The position numbers and the translations under genes are program-made. A stretch of DNA of 64,000 nucleotides from Eutreptiella sp. 'Long Island Sound 2002' (Eukaryota > Protista > Euglenida): NCBI GenBank assembly GCA_964036045.1, contig OZ038379.1, positions 2,418,001 to 2,482,000 of the forward strand, given 5' to 3'. This document shows, piece after piece, positions 1 through 12,350 of this stretch. Within the stretch, counting starts at the first letter, position 1, and each line of letters begins with the position of its first letter. Under the pieces are notes generated by a model, which saw only the letters and a list, made by a program, of their open reading frames with translations, did not search any database and had not been told where the DNA came from.

Positions 1-1
1 C

Positions 2-598
2 ACTCAAAAGCGCAAACGTGCGCGCCAGCCTGAGGCTCGGGTGGCATTGGAGGAACGGGCGCGGAAACGAACAAAAGCTTCTCAGTCAGCCTCTGCTCCT
101 GTTTCTGTCTCTAGTGGTGCGTCAGCATCACGCAGAAGTGACAGTGACAGTGACAGTGACAGTGACGGTGACAGTGATAGTCACAGTGACACTGATAGTG
201 AGCGCACCAGTGGCAGTGGCAGTGGCAGTGACAGTGACAGTGACCCTCCTGCCACTGTCAACAAACCAAAGGCCACAGTTGATGCCCCGATTTTCGCTGC
301 AACCAAGGCAGCTGCTGGTGCTGTTGTAAAACCCAAGGCTGATCTTGTGAATTTTTTGCAACAGCTTGGGTATTCACAGTATGCAGTGCCACTTGCAGCT
401 GCTGGATTTGCATGCATGAAAGAGCTCACTCTTATTAATATGGCAGCACTTAAAAAATGTGGTGTCCTGGATGGCCATGCATTAAGGATTGTTGATGCCT
501 TGAAAAAGAAGCCTGCACCTTCTGCACCAGTTACTGGATCGTCTGCACCAGATTTCATGAAGCTGCGCAAGAAACGGTTGGCTCAGGCGCGTTCGTAG
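2..598 (+). CDS. 5'-truncated ORF: Ser/Asp-rich linker plus C-terminal SAM (sterile alpha motif) domain; host terminal exon or transposon cargo
   Basis: Frame is open from nt 2 to TAG at 596-598. LVNFLQQLGYSQYAVPLAAAGFACMKELTLINMAALKKCGVLDGHALRIVDAL fits the SAM pattern (L..LgL.qY...F ... L...Gv..GH..rI..al). The (GTGACA)n tract at ~137-242 encodes SD repeats. Confidence 0.75.
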   Translation, partial: TQKRKRARQPEARVALEERARKRTKASQSASAPVSVSSGASASRRSDSDSDSDSDGDSDSHSDTDSERTSGSGSGSDSDSDPPATVNKPKATVDAPIFAATKAAAGAVVKPKADLVNFLQQLGYSQYAVPLAAAGFACMKELTLINMAALKKCGVLDGHALRIVDALKKKPAPSAPVTGSSAPDFMKLRKKRLAQARS

Positions 599-951
599 GC
601 GCGCCTGGCTCCTCTTGGAAAACACAATTCTGGGACCATGTTGTGCCAGCCTGTTGCAGTTTTGGACCCCCTGTGTAGTGCATGTGTTGTTGTTTTGTGA
701 CCATTGGAGACTGCTTCAGGCAGGGTTTGTTTGTGCATGAAAAACCAATCTCATCAGATTCACATCACTGTGGTTTGAACCAACGCCTGTGCCATCAGAA
801 CCAAGTGCATGTACCACTGGAGTAATGACCAGATCTGGCATCTAGGTCCTCAAGGGGCATATAAAGACCGAGAGACAAAATTTTTTTTTTGAAAATCGAG
901 AGACATTTTGCGAGACACATGCTTGCTTGGGGCTTTGGGGATTTCAAGGGT

Positions 952-1021
952 GGCGAAATTTTCCCCTGGCGAAATTTTCCCCTGCGAAATTGTCCCCGGG
1001 CGAAGTTTTCCCCCCCCCCTG
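952..1021. mobile_element. Right end of a putative TA-inserting DNA transposon (Tc1/mariner-IS630-like)
   Basis: Four tandem GGCGAAATTTTCCCC-like subterminal motifs end in CCCCCCCTG, directly followed by TA (1022-1023). That TA is the TA in the array-unit context CCGTC-TA-TGGC. The left end is outside the window. Confidence 0.5.
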
Positions 1022-4000
1022 TATGGCTTTTAACATCGCTCTGCAGCCCTGAGTGATCCCCCGTGGACCGCCATTCGGCTCATGCAGGGGCAAAAGTTGA
1101 GAGTCGCTGACTGTTCCTGACTGCTCTTGCGTGGTGGAAGTTGTTTGGGGTGGTTGGTGCGTTTTTGAGGATCCTCCAGGATTGCCGAGGCTTGAGCGGC
1201 CAGGACGGTTAGCGTTGTGCGGAGTTGTTGATGGTCACTGAGCGGTGGGGCAGGTTGGATAGGATTGTGCGGTGAAGGGATTGCTGGCGTGCTTTCTGCT
1301 GCACGAAAATGGGACCCCCTTTGACACCTCAAGTGCCACAATACTACCCCTCGGTAAAACTGACAAGTGGTTGCTTCTTCGGGCCAAATTGCCCAACAAC
1401 CGGCATAATGCCACAACGTTTGTTGTAAACAAGACAACCACCACCTTGTCAGAAATTGCAGACCCATTTCCTGGCTCAGCACCATCTACAGGTGCTAGCC
1501 ATGTATCTCTCACCTTCTGCTAAAATGCCACCGTCGTCTGACAGCAATTGCATCTTCGTGGTCCTTACCTTAGACCTAAGTGCCGTCTCAAGTCCCAGTC
1601 CAAGCTCCAGCACAAGCCCATCTCCAACTCCGAGTCCCAGTCCCAGTCCCAGCCCCGGTGTGTCTGCCATGTACAGTTCTGAACGGTCGCATGGCCTTGG
1701 CATGAGCCGCGCATTTGTCCGTAACGCCACTGTACGTGCAGGGGGTGGGGGCACTTGGGCAATTGCTGTTGCTTTGAGGGACCAACTAGCACCCGAAACT
1801 AGCAAGGCACCATCTACAACAACCATGTGGGTTGGTTGAGCTCGTAACCCGCGAGCAGCCACGCATCTCCATGAGGCACGGAGGAAATACTGGAAGCTCC
1901 CCCATCAGGGGATGCCCGTGTCCAGGTTCCAAGTACGGTTACACACAAAAGCAAAAGCAACAGAAGTACCCAACATGACACCCATACCAAAGGACACTGC
2001 GTGATCCGCCGCCCCCTGACGCCGTGTTCCATTTCGACTCTCACCATTGGGGCGGCTTGGAGCGGTCAGCTCGGGAGACGACCCTGCTCGATGGGTCTGT
2101 GCACGAGTATTGGTGGTTCTATGCGGTTGGAACCACTATTCCGTTCTTTGGGGGTATTCCTGGTCCATCCAAAAAGGTTGACAAAGTGGAGCTGTACGTT
2201 TGGGAAGGTACGTGTTGTTGGCACCGCGCGGAACCCCTGTTTTCTGGCGTCACCTGTTTGACCCTCATCCGTCAGTCGTCCTGTGCAGATCTGTTTCAGG
2301 CGTTGGGCTTTGGGATGTTGGGTGTGCGGGGCTTCCACTTGCCGAGCCTTCCAATCGTCTGTCTGGCAGTCTTGGTCTCAGCAGTCTGTGTTCGCCAGCG
2401 CGGCTCCTGATGCAACAGCCTTTGACCCTTCAGCCGCTGACCAACCTCCCATGACTCTTCACAGCCGCGGACACCGGTCCAAAGCACCGGAACGACCCCG
2501 GGACTGTCAACGGCCGTCAACGCCCCGCGAGCTTTCACAACCCTCAACAATGCTTGACATCCCTCGACAACCGTCAACACAACTACACAATCTCACGACC
2601 TCTGACGACCTTCTGCGACCGTCTATGGCTTTTAACATCGCTCTGCAGCCCTGAGTGATCCCCCGTGGACCGCCATTCGGCTCATGCAGGGGCAAAAGTT
2701 GAGAGTCGCTGACTGTTCCTGACTGCTCTTGCGTGGTGGAAGTTGTTTGGGGTGGTTGGTGCGTTTTTGAGGATCCTCCAGGATTGCCGAGGCTTGAGCG
2801 GCCAGGACGGTTAGCGTTGTGCGGGGTTGTTGATGGTCACTGAGCGGTGGGGCAGGTTGGATAGGATTGTGCGGTGAAGGGATTGCTGGCGTGCTTTCTG
2901 CTGCACGAAAATGGGACCCCCTTTGACACCTCAAGTGCCACAATACTACCCCTCAGTAAAACTGACAAGTGGTTGCTTCTTCGGGCCAAATTGCCCAACA
3001 ACCGGCATAATGCCACAACGTTTGTTGTAAACAAGACAACCACCACCTTGTCAGAAATTGCAGACCCATTTCCTGGCTCAGCACCATCTACAGGTGCTAG
3101 CCATGTATCTCTCACCTTCTGCTAAAATGCCACCGTCGTCTGACAGCAATTGCATCTTCGTGGTCCTTACCTTAGACCTAAGTGCCGTCTCAAGTCCCAG
3201 TCCAAGCTCCAGCACAAGCCCATCTCCAACTCCGAGTCCCAGTCCCAGTCCCAGCCCCGGTGTGTCTGCCATGTACAGTTCTGAACGGTCGCATGGCCTT
3301 GGCATGAGCCGCGCATTTGTCCGTAACGCCACTGTACGTGCAGGGGGTGGGGGCACTTGGGCAATTGCTGTTGCTTTGAGGGACCAACTAGCACCCGAAA
3401 CTAGCAAGGCACCATCTACAACAACCATGTGGGTTGGTTGAGCTCATAACCCGCGAGCAGCCACGCATCTCCATGAGGCACGGAGGAAATACTGGAAGCT
3501 CCCCCATCAGGGGATGCCCGTGTCCAGGTTCCAAGTACGGTTACACACAAAAGCAAAAGCAACAGAAGTACCCAACATGACACCCATACCAAAGGACACT
3601 GCGTGATCCGCCGCCCCCTGACGCCGTGTTCCATTTCGACTCTCACCATTGGGGCGGCTTGGAGCGGTCAGCTCGGGAGACGACCCTGCTCGATGGGTCT
3701 GTGCACGAGTATTGGTGGTTCTATGCGGTTGGAACCACTATTCCGTTCTTTGGGGGTATTCCTGGTCCATCCAAAAAGGTTGACAAAGTGGAGCTGTACG
3801 TTTGGGAAGGTACGTGTTGTTGGCACCGCGCGGAACCCCTGTTTTCTGGCGTCACCTGTTTGACCCTCATCCGTCAGTCGTCCTGTGCAGATCTGTTTCA
3901 GGCGTTGGGCTTTGGGATGTTGGGTGTGCGGGGCTTCCACTTGCCGAGCCTTCCAATCGTTTGTCTGGCAGTCTTGGTCTCAGCAGTCTGTGTTCGCCAG

Positions 4001-7000
4001 CGCGGCTCCTGATGCAACAGCCTTTGACCCTTCAGCCGCTGACCAACCTCCCATGACTCTTCACAGCCGCGGACACCGGTCCAAAGCACCGGAACGACCC
4101 CGGGACTGTCAACGGCCGTCAACGCCCCGCGAGCTTTCACAACCCTCAACAATGCTTGACATCCCTCGACAACCGTCAACACAACTACACAATCTCACGA
4201 CCTCTGACGACCTTCTGCGACCGTCTATGGCTTTTAACATCGCTCTGCAGCCCTGGGTGATCCCCCGTGGACCGCCATTCGGCTCATGCAGGGGCAAAAG
4301 TTGAGAGTCGCTGACTGTTCCTGACTGCTCTTGCGTGGTGGAAGTTGTTTGGGGTGGTCGGTGCGTTTTTGAGGATCCTCCAGGATTGCCGAGGCTTGAG
4401 CGGCCAGGACGGTTAGCGTTGTGCGGGGTTGTTGATGGTCACTGAGCGGTGGGGCAGGTTGGATAGGATTGTGCGGTGAAGGGATTGCTGGCGTGCTTTC
4501 TGCTGCACGAAAATGGGACCCCCTTTGACACCTCAAGTGCCACAATACTACCCCTCGGTAAAACTGACAAGTGGTTGCTTCTTCGGGCCAAATTGCCCAA
4601 CAACCGGCATAATGCCACAACGTTTGTTGTAAACAAGACAACCACCACCTTGTCAGAAATTGCAGACCCATTTCCTGGCTCAGCACCATCTACAGGTGCT
4701 AGCCATGTATCTCTCACCTTCTGCTAAAATGCCACCGTCGTCTGACAGCAATTGCATCTTCGTGGTCCTTACCTTAGACCTAAGTGCCGTCTCAAGTCCC
4801 AGTCCAAGCTCCAGCACAAGCCCATCTCCAACTCCGAGTCCCAGTCCCAGTCCCAGCCCCGGTGTGTCTGCCATGTACAGTTCTGAACGGTCGCATGGCC
4901 TTGGCATGAGCCGCGCATTTGTCCGTAACGCCACTGTACGTGCAGGGGGTGGGGGCACTTGGGCAATTGCTGTTGCTTTGAGGGACCAACTAGCACCCGA
5001 AACTAGCAAGGCACCATCTACAACAACCATGTGGGTTGGTTGAGCTCATAACCCGCGAGCAGCCACGCATCTCCATGAGGCACGGAGGAAATACTGGAAG
5101 CTCCCCCATCAGGGGATGCCCGTGTCCAGGTTCCAAGTACGGTTACACACAAAAGCAAAAGCAACAGAAGTACCCAACATGACACCCATACCAAAGGACA
5201 CTGCGTGATCCGCCGCCCCCTGACGCCGTGTTCCATTTCGACTCTCACCATTGGGGCGGCTTGGAGCGGTCAGCTCGGGAGACGACCCTGCTCGATGGGT
5301 CTGTGCACGAGTATTGGTGGTTCTATGCGGTTGGAACCACTATTCCGTTCTTTGGGGGTATTCCTGGTCCATCCAAAAAGGTTGACAAAGTGGAGCTGTA
5401 CGTTTGGGAAGGTACGTGTTGTTGGCACCGCGCGGAACCCCTGTTTTCTGGCGTCACCTGTTTGACCCTCATCCGTCAGTCGTCCTGTGCAGATCTGTTT
5501 CGGGCGTTGGGCTTTGGGATGTTGGGTGTGCGGGGCTTCCACTTGCCGAGCCTTCCAATCGTTTGTCTGGCAGTCTTGGTCTCAGCAGTCTGTGTTCGCC
5601 AGCGCGGCTCCTGATGCAACAGCCTTTGACCCTTCAGCCGCTGACCAACCTCCCATGACTCTTCACAGCCGCGGACACCGGTCAAAAGCACCGGAACGAC
5701 CCCGGGACTGTCAACGGCCGTCAACGCCCCGCGAGCTTTCACAACCCTCAACAATGCTTGACATCCCTCGACAACCGTCAACACAACTACACAATCTCAC
5801 GACCTCTGACGACCTTCTGCGACCGTCTATGGCTTTTAACATCGCTCTGCAGCCCTGAGTGATCCCCCGTGGACCGCCATTCGGCTCATGCAGGGGCAAA
5901 AGTTGAGAGTCGCTGACTGTTCCTGACTGCTCTTGCGTGGTGGAAGTTGTTTGGGGTGGTTGGTGCGTTTTTGAGGATCCTCCAGGATTGCCGAGGCTTG
6001 AGCGGCCAGGACGGTTAGCGTTGTGCGGGGTTGTTGATGGTCACTGAGCGGTGGGGCAGGTTGGGTAGGATTGTGCGGTGAAGGGATTGCTGGCGTGCTT
6101 TCTGCTGCACGAAAATGGGACCCCCTTTGACACCTCAAGTGCCACAATACTACCCCTCGGTAAAACTGACAAGTGGTTGCTTCTTCGGGCCAAATTGCCC
6201 AACAACCGGCATAATGCCACAACGTTTGTTGTAAACAAGACAACCACCACCTTGTCAGAAATTGCAGACCCATTTCCTGGCTCAGCACCATCTACAGGTG
6301 CTAGCCATGTATCTCTCACCTTCTGCTAAAATGCCACCGTCGTCTGACAGCAATTGCATCTTCGTGGTCCTTACCTTAGACCTAAGTGCCGTCTCAAGTC
6401 CCAGTCCAAGCTCCAGCACAAGCCCATCTCCAACTCCGAGTCCCAGTCCCAGTCCCAGCCCCGGTGTGTCTGCCATGTACAGTTCTGAACGGTCGCATGG
6501 CCTTGGCATGAGCCGCGCATTTGTCCGTAACGCCACTGTACGTGCAGGGGGTGGGGGCACTTGGGCAATTGCTGTTGCTTTGAGGGACCAACTAGCACCC
6601 GAAACTAGCAAGGCACCATCTACAACAACCATGTGGGTTGGTTGAGCTCATAACCCGCGAGCAGCCACGCATCTCCATGAGGCACGGAGGAAATACTGGA
6701 AGCTCCCCCATCAGGGGATGCCCGTGTCCAGGTTCCAAGTACGGTTACACACAAAAGCAAAAGCAACAGAAGTACCCAACATGACACCCATACCAAAGGA
6801 CACTGCGTGATCCGCCGCCCCCTGACGCCGTGTTCCATTTCGACTCTCACCATTGGGGCGGCTTGGAGCGGTCAGCTCGGGAGACGACCCTGCTCGATGG
6901 GTCTGTGCACGAGTATTGGTGGTTCTATGCGGTTGGAACCACTATTCCGTTCTTTGGGGGTATTCCTGGTCCATCCAAAAAGGTTGACAAAGTGGAGCTG

Positions 7001-8370
7001 TACGTTTGGGAAGGTACGTGTTGTTGGCACCGCGCGGAACCCCTGTTTTCTGGCGTCACCTGTTTGACCCTCATCCGTCAGTCGTCCTGTGCAGATCTGT
7101 TTCAGGCGTTGGGCTTTGGGATGTTGGGTGTGCGGGGCTTCCACTTGCCGAGCCTTCCAATCGTTTGTCTGGCAGTCTTGGTCTCAGCAGTCTGTGTTCG
7201 CCAGCGCGGCTCCTGATGCAACAGCCTTTGACCCTTCAGCCGCTGACCAACCTCCCATGACTCTTCACAGCCGCGGACACCGGTCAAAAGCACCGGAACG
7301 ACCCCGGGACTGTCAACGGCCGTCAACGCCCCGCGAGCTTTCACAACCCTCAACAATGCTTGACATCCCTCGACAACCGTCAACACAACTACACAATCTC
7401 ACGACCTCTGACGACCTTCTGCGACCGTCTATGGCTTTTAACATCGCTCTGCAGCCCTGAGTGATCCCCCGTGGACCGCCATTCGGCTCATGCAGGGGCA
7501 AAAGTTGAGAGTCGCTGACTGTTCCTGACTGCTCTTGCGTGGTGGAAGTTGTTTGGGGTGGTTGGTGCGTTTTTGAGGATCCTCCAGGATTGCCGAGGCT
7601 TGAGCGGCCAGGACGGTTAGCGTTGTGCGGGGTTGTTGATGGTCACTGAGCGGTGGGGCAGGTTGGATAGGATTGTGCGGTGAAGGGATTGCTGGCGTGC
7701 TTTCTGCTGCACGAAAATGGGACCCCCTTTGACACCTCAAGTGCCACAATACTACCCCTCGGTAAAACTGACAAGTGGTTGCTTCTTCGGGCCAAATTGC
7801 CCAACAACCGGCATAATGCCACAACGTTTGTTGTAAACAAGACAACCACCACCTTGTCAGAAATTGCAGACCCATTTCCTGGCTCAGCACCATCTACAGG
7901 TGCTAGCCATGTATCTCTCACCTTCTGCTAAAATGCCACCGTCGTCTGACAGCAATTGCATCTTCGTGGTCCTTACCTTAGACCTAAGTGCCGTCTCAAG
8001 TCCCAGTCCAAGCTCCAGCACAAGCCCATCTCCAACTCCGAGTCCCAGTCCCAGTCCCAGCCCCGGTGTGTCTGCCATGTACAGTTCTGAACGGTCGCAT
8101 GGCCTTGGCATGAGCCGCGCATTTGTCCGTAACGCCACTGTACGTGCAGGGGGTGGGGGCACTTGGGCAATTGCTGTTGCAACCCGCGAGCAGCCACGCA
8201 TCTCCATGAGGCACGGAGGAAATACTGGAAGCTCCCCCATCAGGGGATGCCCGTGTCCAGGTTCCAAGTACGGTTACACACAAAAGCAAAAGCAACAGAA
8301 GTACCCAACATGACACCCATACCAAAGGACACTGGGTGATCCGCCGCCCCCTGACGCCGTGATCCATTTC
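1022..8370. repeat. Tandem array, 1602-bp unit, 4 full copies plus a partial fifth
   Basis: Units start at 1022, 2624, 4226, 5828 and 7430, and the ORF track recurs at +1602. Copies differ by a few SNPs. The last copy lacks 73 bp at 8180/8181 and leaves the unit after 8370. Confidence 0.98.
1255..1530 (+). pseudogene. Decayed non-LTR (LINE) RT fragment inside each array unit (also at +1602 multiples)
   Basis: One frame reads GEGIAGVL...SSGQIAQQPA*CHNVCCKQDNHHLVRNCRPISWLSTIYRC*, resembling GPDG...G.iP..W......K......NyRPISLLstiYK. Several stops. Confidence 0.4.
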
Positions 8371-9179
8371 CCACATCAGTACTGCAGAGCACCATCCCAC
8401 CTTCATAGTCTGGGGATATTGAATGCGAGGTTTGTCAGCACTGGCAGAGGCGTGGGCCCCACAAGGGCAGAATGCTACCGTTGTGAGCAGTGGGACAAGC
8501 ATTCCACCCTCACCCACAAAACCCCACCCAGTGCAGCAGCGCCCACCTGCAACCCCCCTCCCCCCCCAGACACCGCTCCTGCAAACCACCACCCCCAGCC
8601 CAAACCACGCAGGCGTCATGCCAACCCTCCCCCAAAGAAACCTCTCAAACGGACACGGAGGGCAAGAACCGCGCTGTTTCTCTTTCATACATGTCCCAGT
8701 GACTGGAGTTGCGCCAAGTCCGCAGCCTCGGCACTTCCCCTTGAACTTTCTGTGTCTATGTCACATTAGAGCGGCGGCACGTGGGTGGGAATCCCGATCT
8801 TTGGAGGTTTTACTCTTTTCAATGAGGAATGCTCGACAAAGTGAGATTGCTTTCTTTGTCCACTGCTCTTGCCAACAGTTCCGGCAACGTTGTGTTACCC
8901 TGACTGTTCGCTGGCCATATGCTCGGATATGTGGGCCAGTGGAAGCAAGTGGCCGATCCTTTGCAAGCACATCCCCATCAGCGGATGCCCATGTCCACTG
9001 GCCGATCATTTGTAAACACACACATCAACACCAACCACCTGCCAACACCTCATTGTGTGGCACTGGCACCATCCATCGCATGGAGGCAGGGGGGGGATGG
9101 ATGGGGCGTTCATAGCCCACAAGGGACCAAGGGACTGTACGCCATCGAAGGGTTCCGTTGGGGGGTGGGTTCATTAGGG

Positions 9180-9345
9180 TAAGGATAGGCCAGACCGGGA
9201 GGGGGAGGGCACAAGGCGGTGACAGGCCAATGGGTACCGCTGCCTACGGAGGGAAAGGGTTCCAGCAAAGGACAGGGGTAAGTGGCAAGAGGCTAATGGG
9301 CGCCATCAGCTTCAGACAGAAATCCATGCAGGCGTCACCCAAGTT
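9180..9345 (+). mobile_element. Old diverged 3'-end copy of the C-tract retroposon family
   Basis: GGTGACAGGCCAATGGGTACCGCTGCCTACGGAGGGAAAGGGTTCC...GGCGTCACCC aligns by eye to the conserved family 3' end (e.g. 45690-45810). Confidence 0.7.
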
Positions 9346-9499
9346 TTGAGGTCAAGCGTGGGGCAGGGGTTCACAAATGCCCTGTACTGTGCCCGCAGTC
9401 CGCTCTGCACGTGCTGCTTTCATTGCAGACCACGACTGCGACCTCCAGGGCGGGAAAATCGAGTACATTGCGTGCCCCTTCGAGGCCTTGTTGATGGAG

Positions 9500-10200
9500 C
9501 ACTGTTACAAGTGCTACCTTCCCGAAGAGTCGCAGGAGGCCATCATTTGTGACGGCTGGTCGGAGGAATACATTCGGGCCCAGTGCGCGAGGCCCATTCC
9601 AAGCGATCAATGATGCCCGAAGCCCCGGTGCCGCCTCCCCCGCCCCAACCCACCGGGAGTGCCACGTATGCGAGGGGCCAAAGGGTCAGCCTGTCGATAC
9701 TGGGGTCCTGTGCTTTCCCTCAGGCCGACCTTTCCGGACGCAGCAATGCGCGTTTGGAATGCCAAGACGGACTGCGACGTACGCGGGCCAGCGAGGCCCA
9801 TTCACAGTGGGATGTGGGGGCACAGGAACGAGCACCGGCGCAGCATCCGTCGCGTGTGCTGATATCGTCCATAGCGCAGATGGATAGCCCACAGGGACCC
9901 CCGAGGATGCGCCGTAGCGCTTCGAAAATACTCAGCCCCAAAGTAAATCATGGAGCGGGAAGCGTGTGTCTGTGTTCGGGTCTTTTTGGGCGTGTCTCTG
10001 TATGCGTGTGTGTGGCCGGGCTCGCTGCCCCACACCGGTGCCCCACAGCGTTGCAGGTGCGGCGGGATGCAAGGGCCAACAACATTGTGTGCGACTTGTG
10101 CGGCAGGGCAATCCCATAGCCGCACTGTCCGCGCTGTTGGGAAGGAAGCGCAGCAGAGCCCATGCCTTTTGGCGGTTGGGAAAGAGGCTGCAAGGGGCCA
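9500..10200 (+). pseudogene. Two decayed PHD-finger-like segments (probable TE ORF)
   Basis: HCYKCYLPEESQEAIICDGWSEEYIRAQCARPIPSDQ*CPKP at ~9500-9625 (W to stop) and NIVCDLCGRAIP*PHC at ~10080-10130. Confidence 0.55.
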
Positions 10201-10899
10201 CCTCCTGCTTTCGCTCTACATCTCCCTTTGAGGTCAGCATGACTGATAGGGGCTGGCAAACAGCCTGCGGGGGGTCGATGGGCATGCGGAATGTTTTGGG
10301 GTATTGGCGCGGCAAACGGAGGAAAACAAGAAACGGCAATTTACTTCGGGGAACAACGGGGAAACCTGGGGGCAACTGGGGGAAAGGGGGCATTTGGATG
10401 CCTTCCGCCTGTTGTTTCACTGCCCATGCCCGTTGCTGTATGTGCGGGCCGTGTCTGATTTTGTGGAGCCGTCTGTCACACTCTGTTCCTTCACTGCCAA
10501 CCCGCCGGACCCCAGGCCTTGGACCACAGGTCAGGCCACAACACACGGGGATGAAGGATCCCCACGAATACTGCGGATCTTGGCGGTGATGTGGGCCAAA
10601 TTGGTGCGGGGAGATGGGCAGTAGTCACTGGCGGAATGGTCCGCTTGTCCCCTCTTCCCCCCGTTCCCCCCCCCGTTTCTCCCGTTACCCCCGGTTTCTC
10701 CTCCAATTTGACAAGTCGAATGGTCTTGGCATGGAACTTGGGCTTGGGACTCAATGCCTAATCCGACCGTCGGCGCCGAATGCTGCGGGAGGAAGGCTTT
10801 GCCCAGAGCTGCACCCCCACAGGACTGCCCACGCCGGAGGGGGTACGTAGCCACTTCACTCCTCTCTGACTTGAAGGACCCGGACACGGCAGTGCGTTT

Positions 10900-11830
10900 G
10901 GGATTCAGTGGGTTCAACTGGTCCCGCCTGCGGGCCCTGAAGCACGTGCCCGTCCGCGCTCCGCTGTCCTTTCTCCACACAGGCGGACCGCCTCCGAACC
11001 TCGAATGCCACGTTGGGTCACGACGCCCTCATGTGCACGGCAGCATGAGCGATGGCTGCCGACTGCATTCATCGCCACGGGGGCACGCGGCATTGAAGGG
11101 CAGCTTTCGAGGTCGTGCGGCCACGAGCTGCAGGTCATCAAGGGGCATGCCTTTGGATCATCATCATCCGCACTCCTGCGGTGCACCTTCAGTGATGGCC
11201 AGTGGCGATGCGTCTGTTGTCGCTCTGGACCAGGTTGCCAGTCGCGGTTCTGCCTCGTGCCTCGACCATGTGTCGGGCGAGTCCGAGTGCTTTTCCCCAT
11301 CTTTACGAGGCCTCAGCCCTCAACCCCGTTCTGGGCGTGCATCGGCGATCATCTGGTGACCGCTCAATGCATTTGCAGATGCTCATACCACTCGTCTCAA
11401 CGAGTGCTACTTTCGACCTCCGCAATCCGGCAACGGGTGTTATCTCTGCCTCTACGATCGTGGCAATCCGCTGGATCTCTTGAAGTGAAGCATTGCTTCA
11501 TTTTCTGTTTCGCAAATCGGCACAGCCGTCTCCATGAGTGCCGGTTTGAATGCGTTGGACCTGTCAGTGCCAGTGCCAGTGCCAATTGTCCAGTGCACTT
11601 TTGCTTATGGAATGGCAACTGGTCAAGTGGTTGACCATTTTGTGGTCACATACGACGTAATGGATGGTTTTGGATTGGTGGTGGTTGGGCTCCACCAGCT
11701 GCTCGGGATGGAGTACCTTGGGCAGAACAGGGAAGCGCCCTCATTGTTCGATTCCAAGTGTCGCCAGGGTCCCATGGCATCACATTGGCACGAGCCCCAT
11801 CCCCCGTGTGCACCCCTGCACATTATCGTG
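10900..11830 (-). pseudogene. Decayed LINE reverse transcriptase
   Basis: Ordered motifs across frameshifts: IPSSW..TTTNPK (~11715-11680), T*PVAI (=RPVAI; CGA to TGA, ~11630), KQCF (Q.GF-like), *GLVKMG, ITEGAPQ (~11195-11175). Confidence 0.65.
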
Positions 11831-12054
11831 TCAACCCGATGTGATTCCGAAGGGTTCCAATTATTGTATCGAACTGCACCCGGAGCCTTATAAGTGCGTA
11901 TCGAGTGTCCATCTCAACTTTCAAGAGTGTGTATCACATGTGTAGCACAGGCTCTTCTGCTTTCGTGCCCGACGCTGTTCGTTCCTCAGTCCTCTACCGG
12001 TCTTCCCCAGACACGATGACGCAATGATCTTTGAATCATCTTTGTTGATGTTGT

Positions 12055-12350
12055 ATGTGTCTTGTAGGCGATGGCCACGGGCTTTTCCCTGTGTACTTGC
12101 ATTTCATGTGGCACACGTGTATTCCCAGCCTTGACAGGGTGCCTCATGTGCGACGCCGCCAACTGCCGGGAGAGCAGCACCCTCTTCCGGGGCCACATTC
12201 CCCCTTCCCCACCGAAGGAATGGCAGCGGCTGTCCATGCCCCGCAGGCCTGGTGAAGTCCAGACCGCACCGCTGTTTGCGCTCCTGTAGAGCTGCGGGAC
12301 TCCGTCGTGGGCAGAGTGTTGGTGCTCTGCACTGAAGATTATTGCGGTGT
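12055..12350 (+). pseudogene. OTU-like cysteine protease fragment (degenerate)
   Basis: CLVGDGHGLF (GDG.C.F with C to G), PHVRR, QAW*, and VLVLCTEDYCGV (L....HY-like) occur in the expected order. Confidence 0.4.

Noticed and set aside
3375-3447. 73-bp indel as a non-conventional intron or small transposon
   Set aside because: Only ~4 bp of end-pairing, no TSD and no coding context; treated as a simple indel.
1030-8313. The many repeated ORFs in the array as real genes
   Set aside because: They overlap in all six frames, are driven by SP/LG hexamer tracts, and have no recognisable intact domain.
1022-8370. Spliced-leader RNA / 5S rRNA / snRNA tandem locus
   Set aside because: No euglenid SL exon-like sequence and no 5S structure in the unit; AAAGCACCGGA is only a short chance match.
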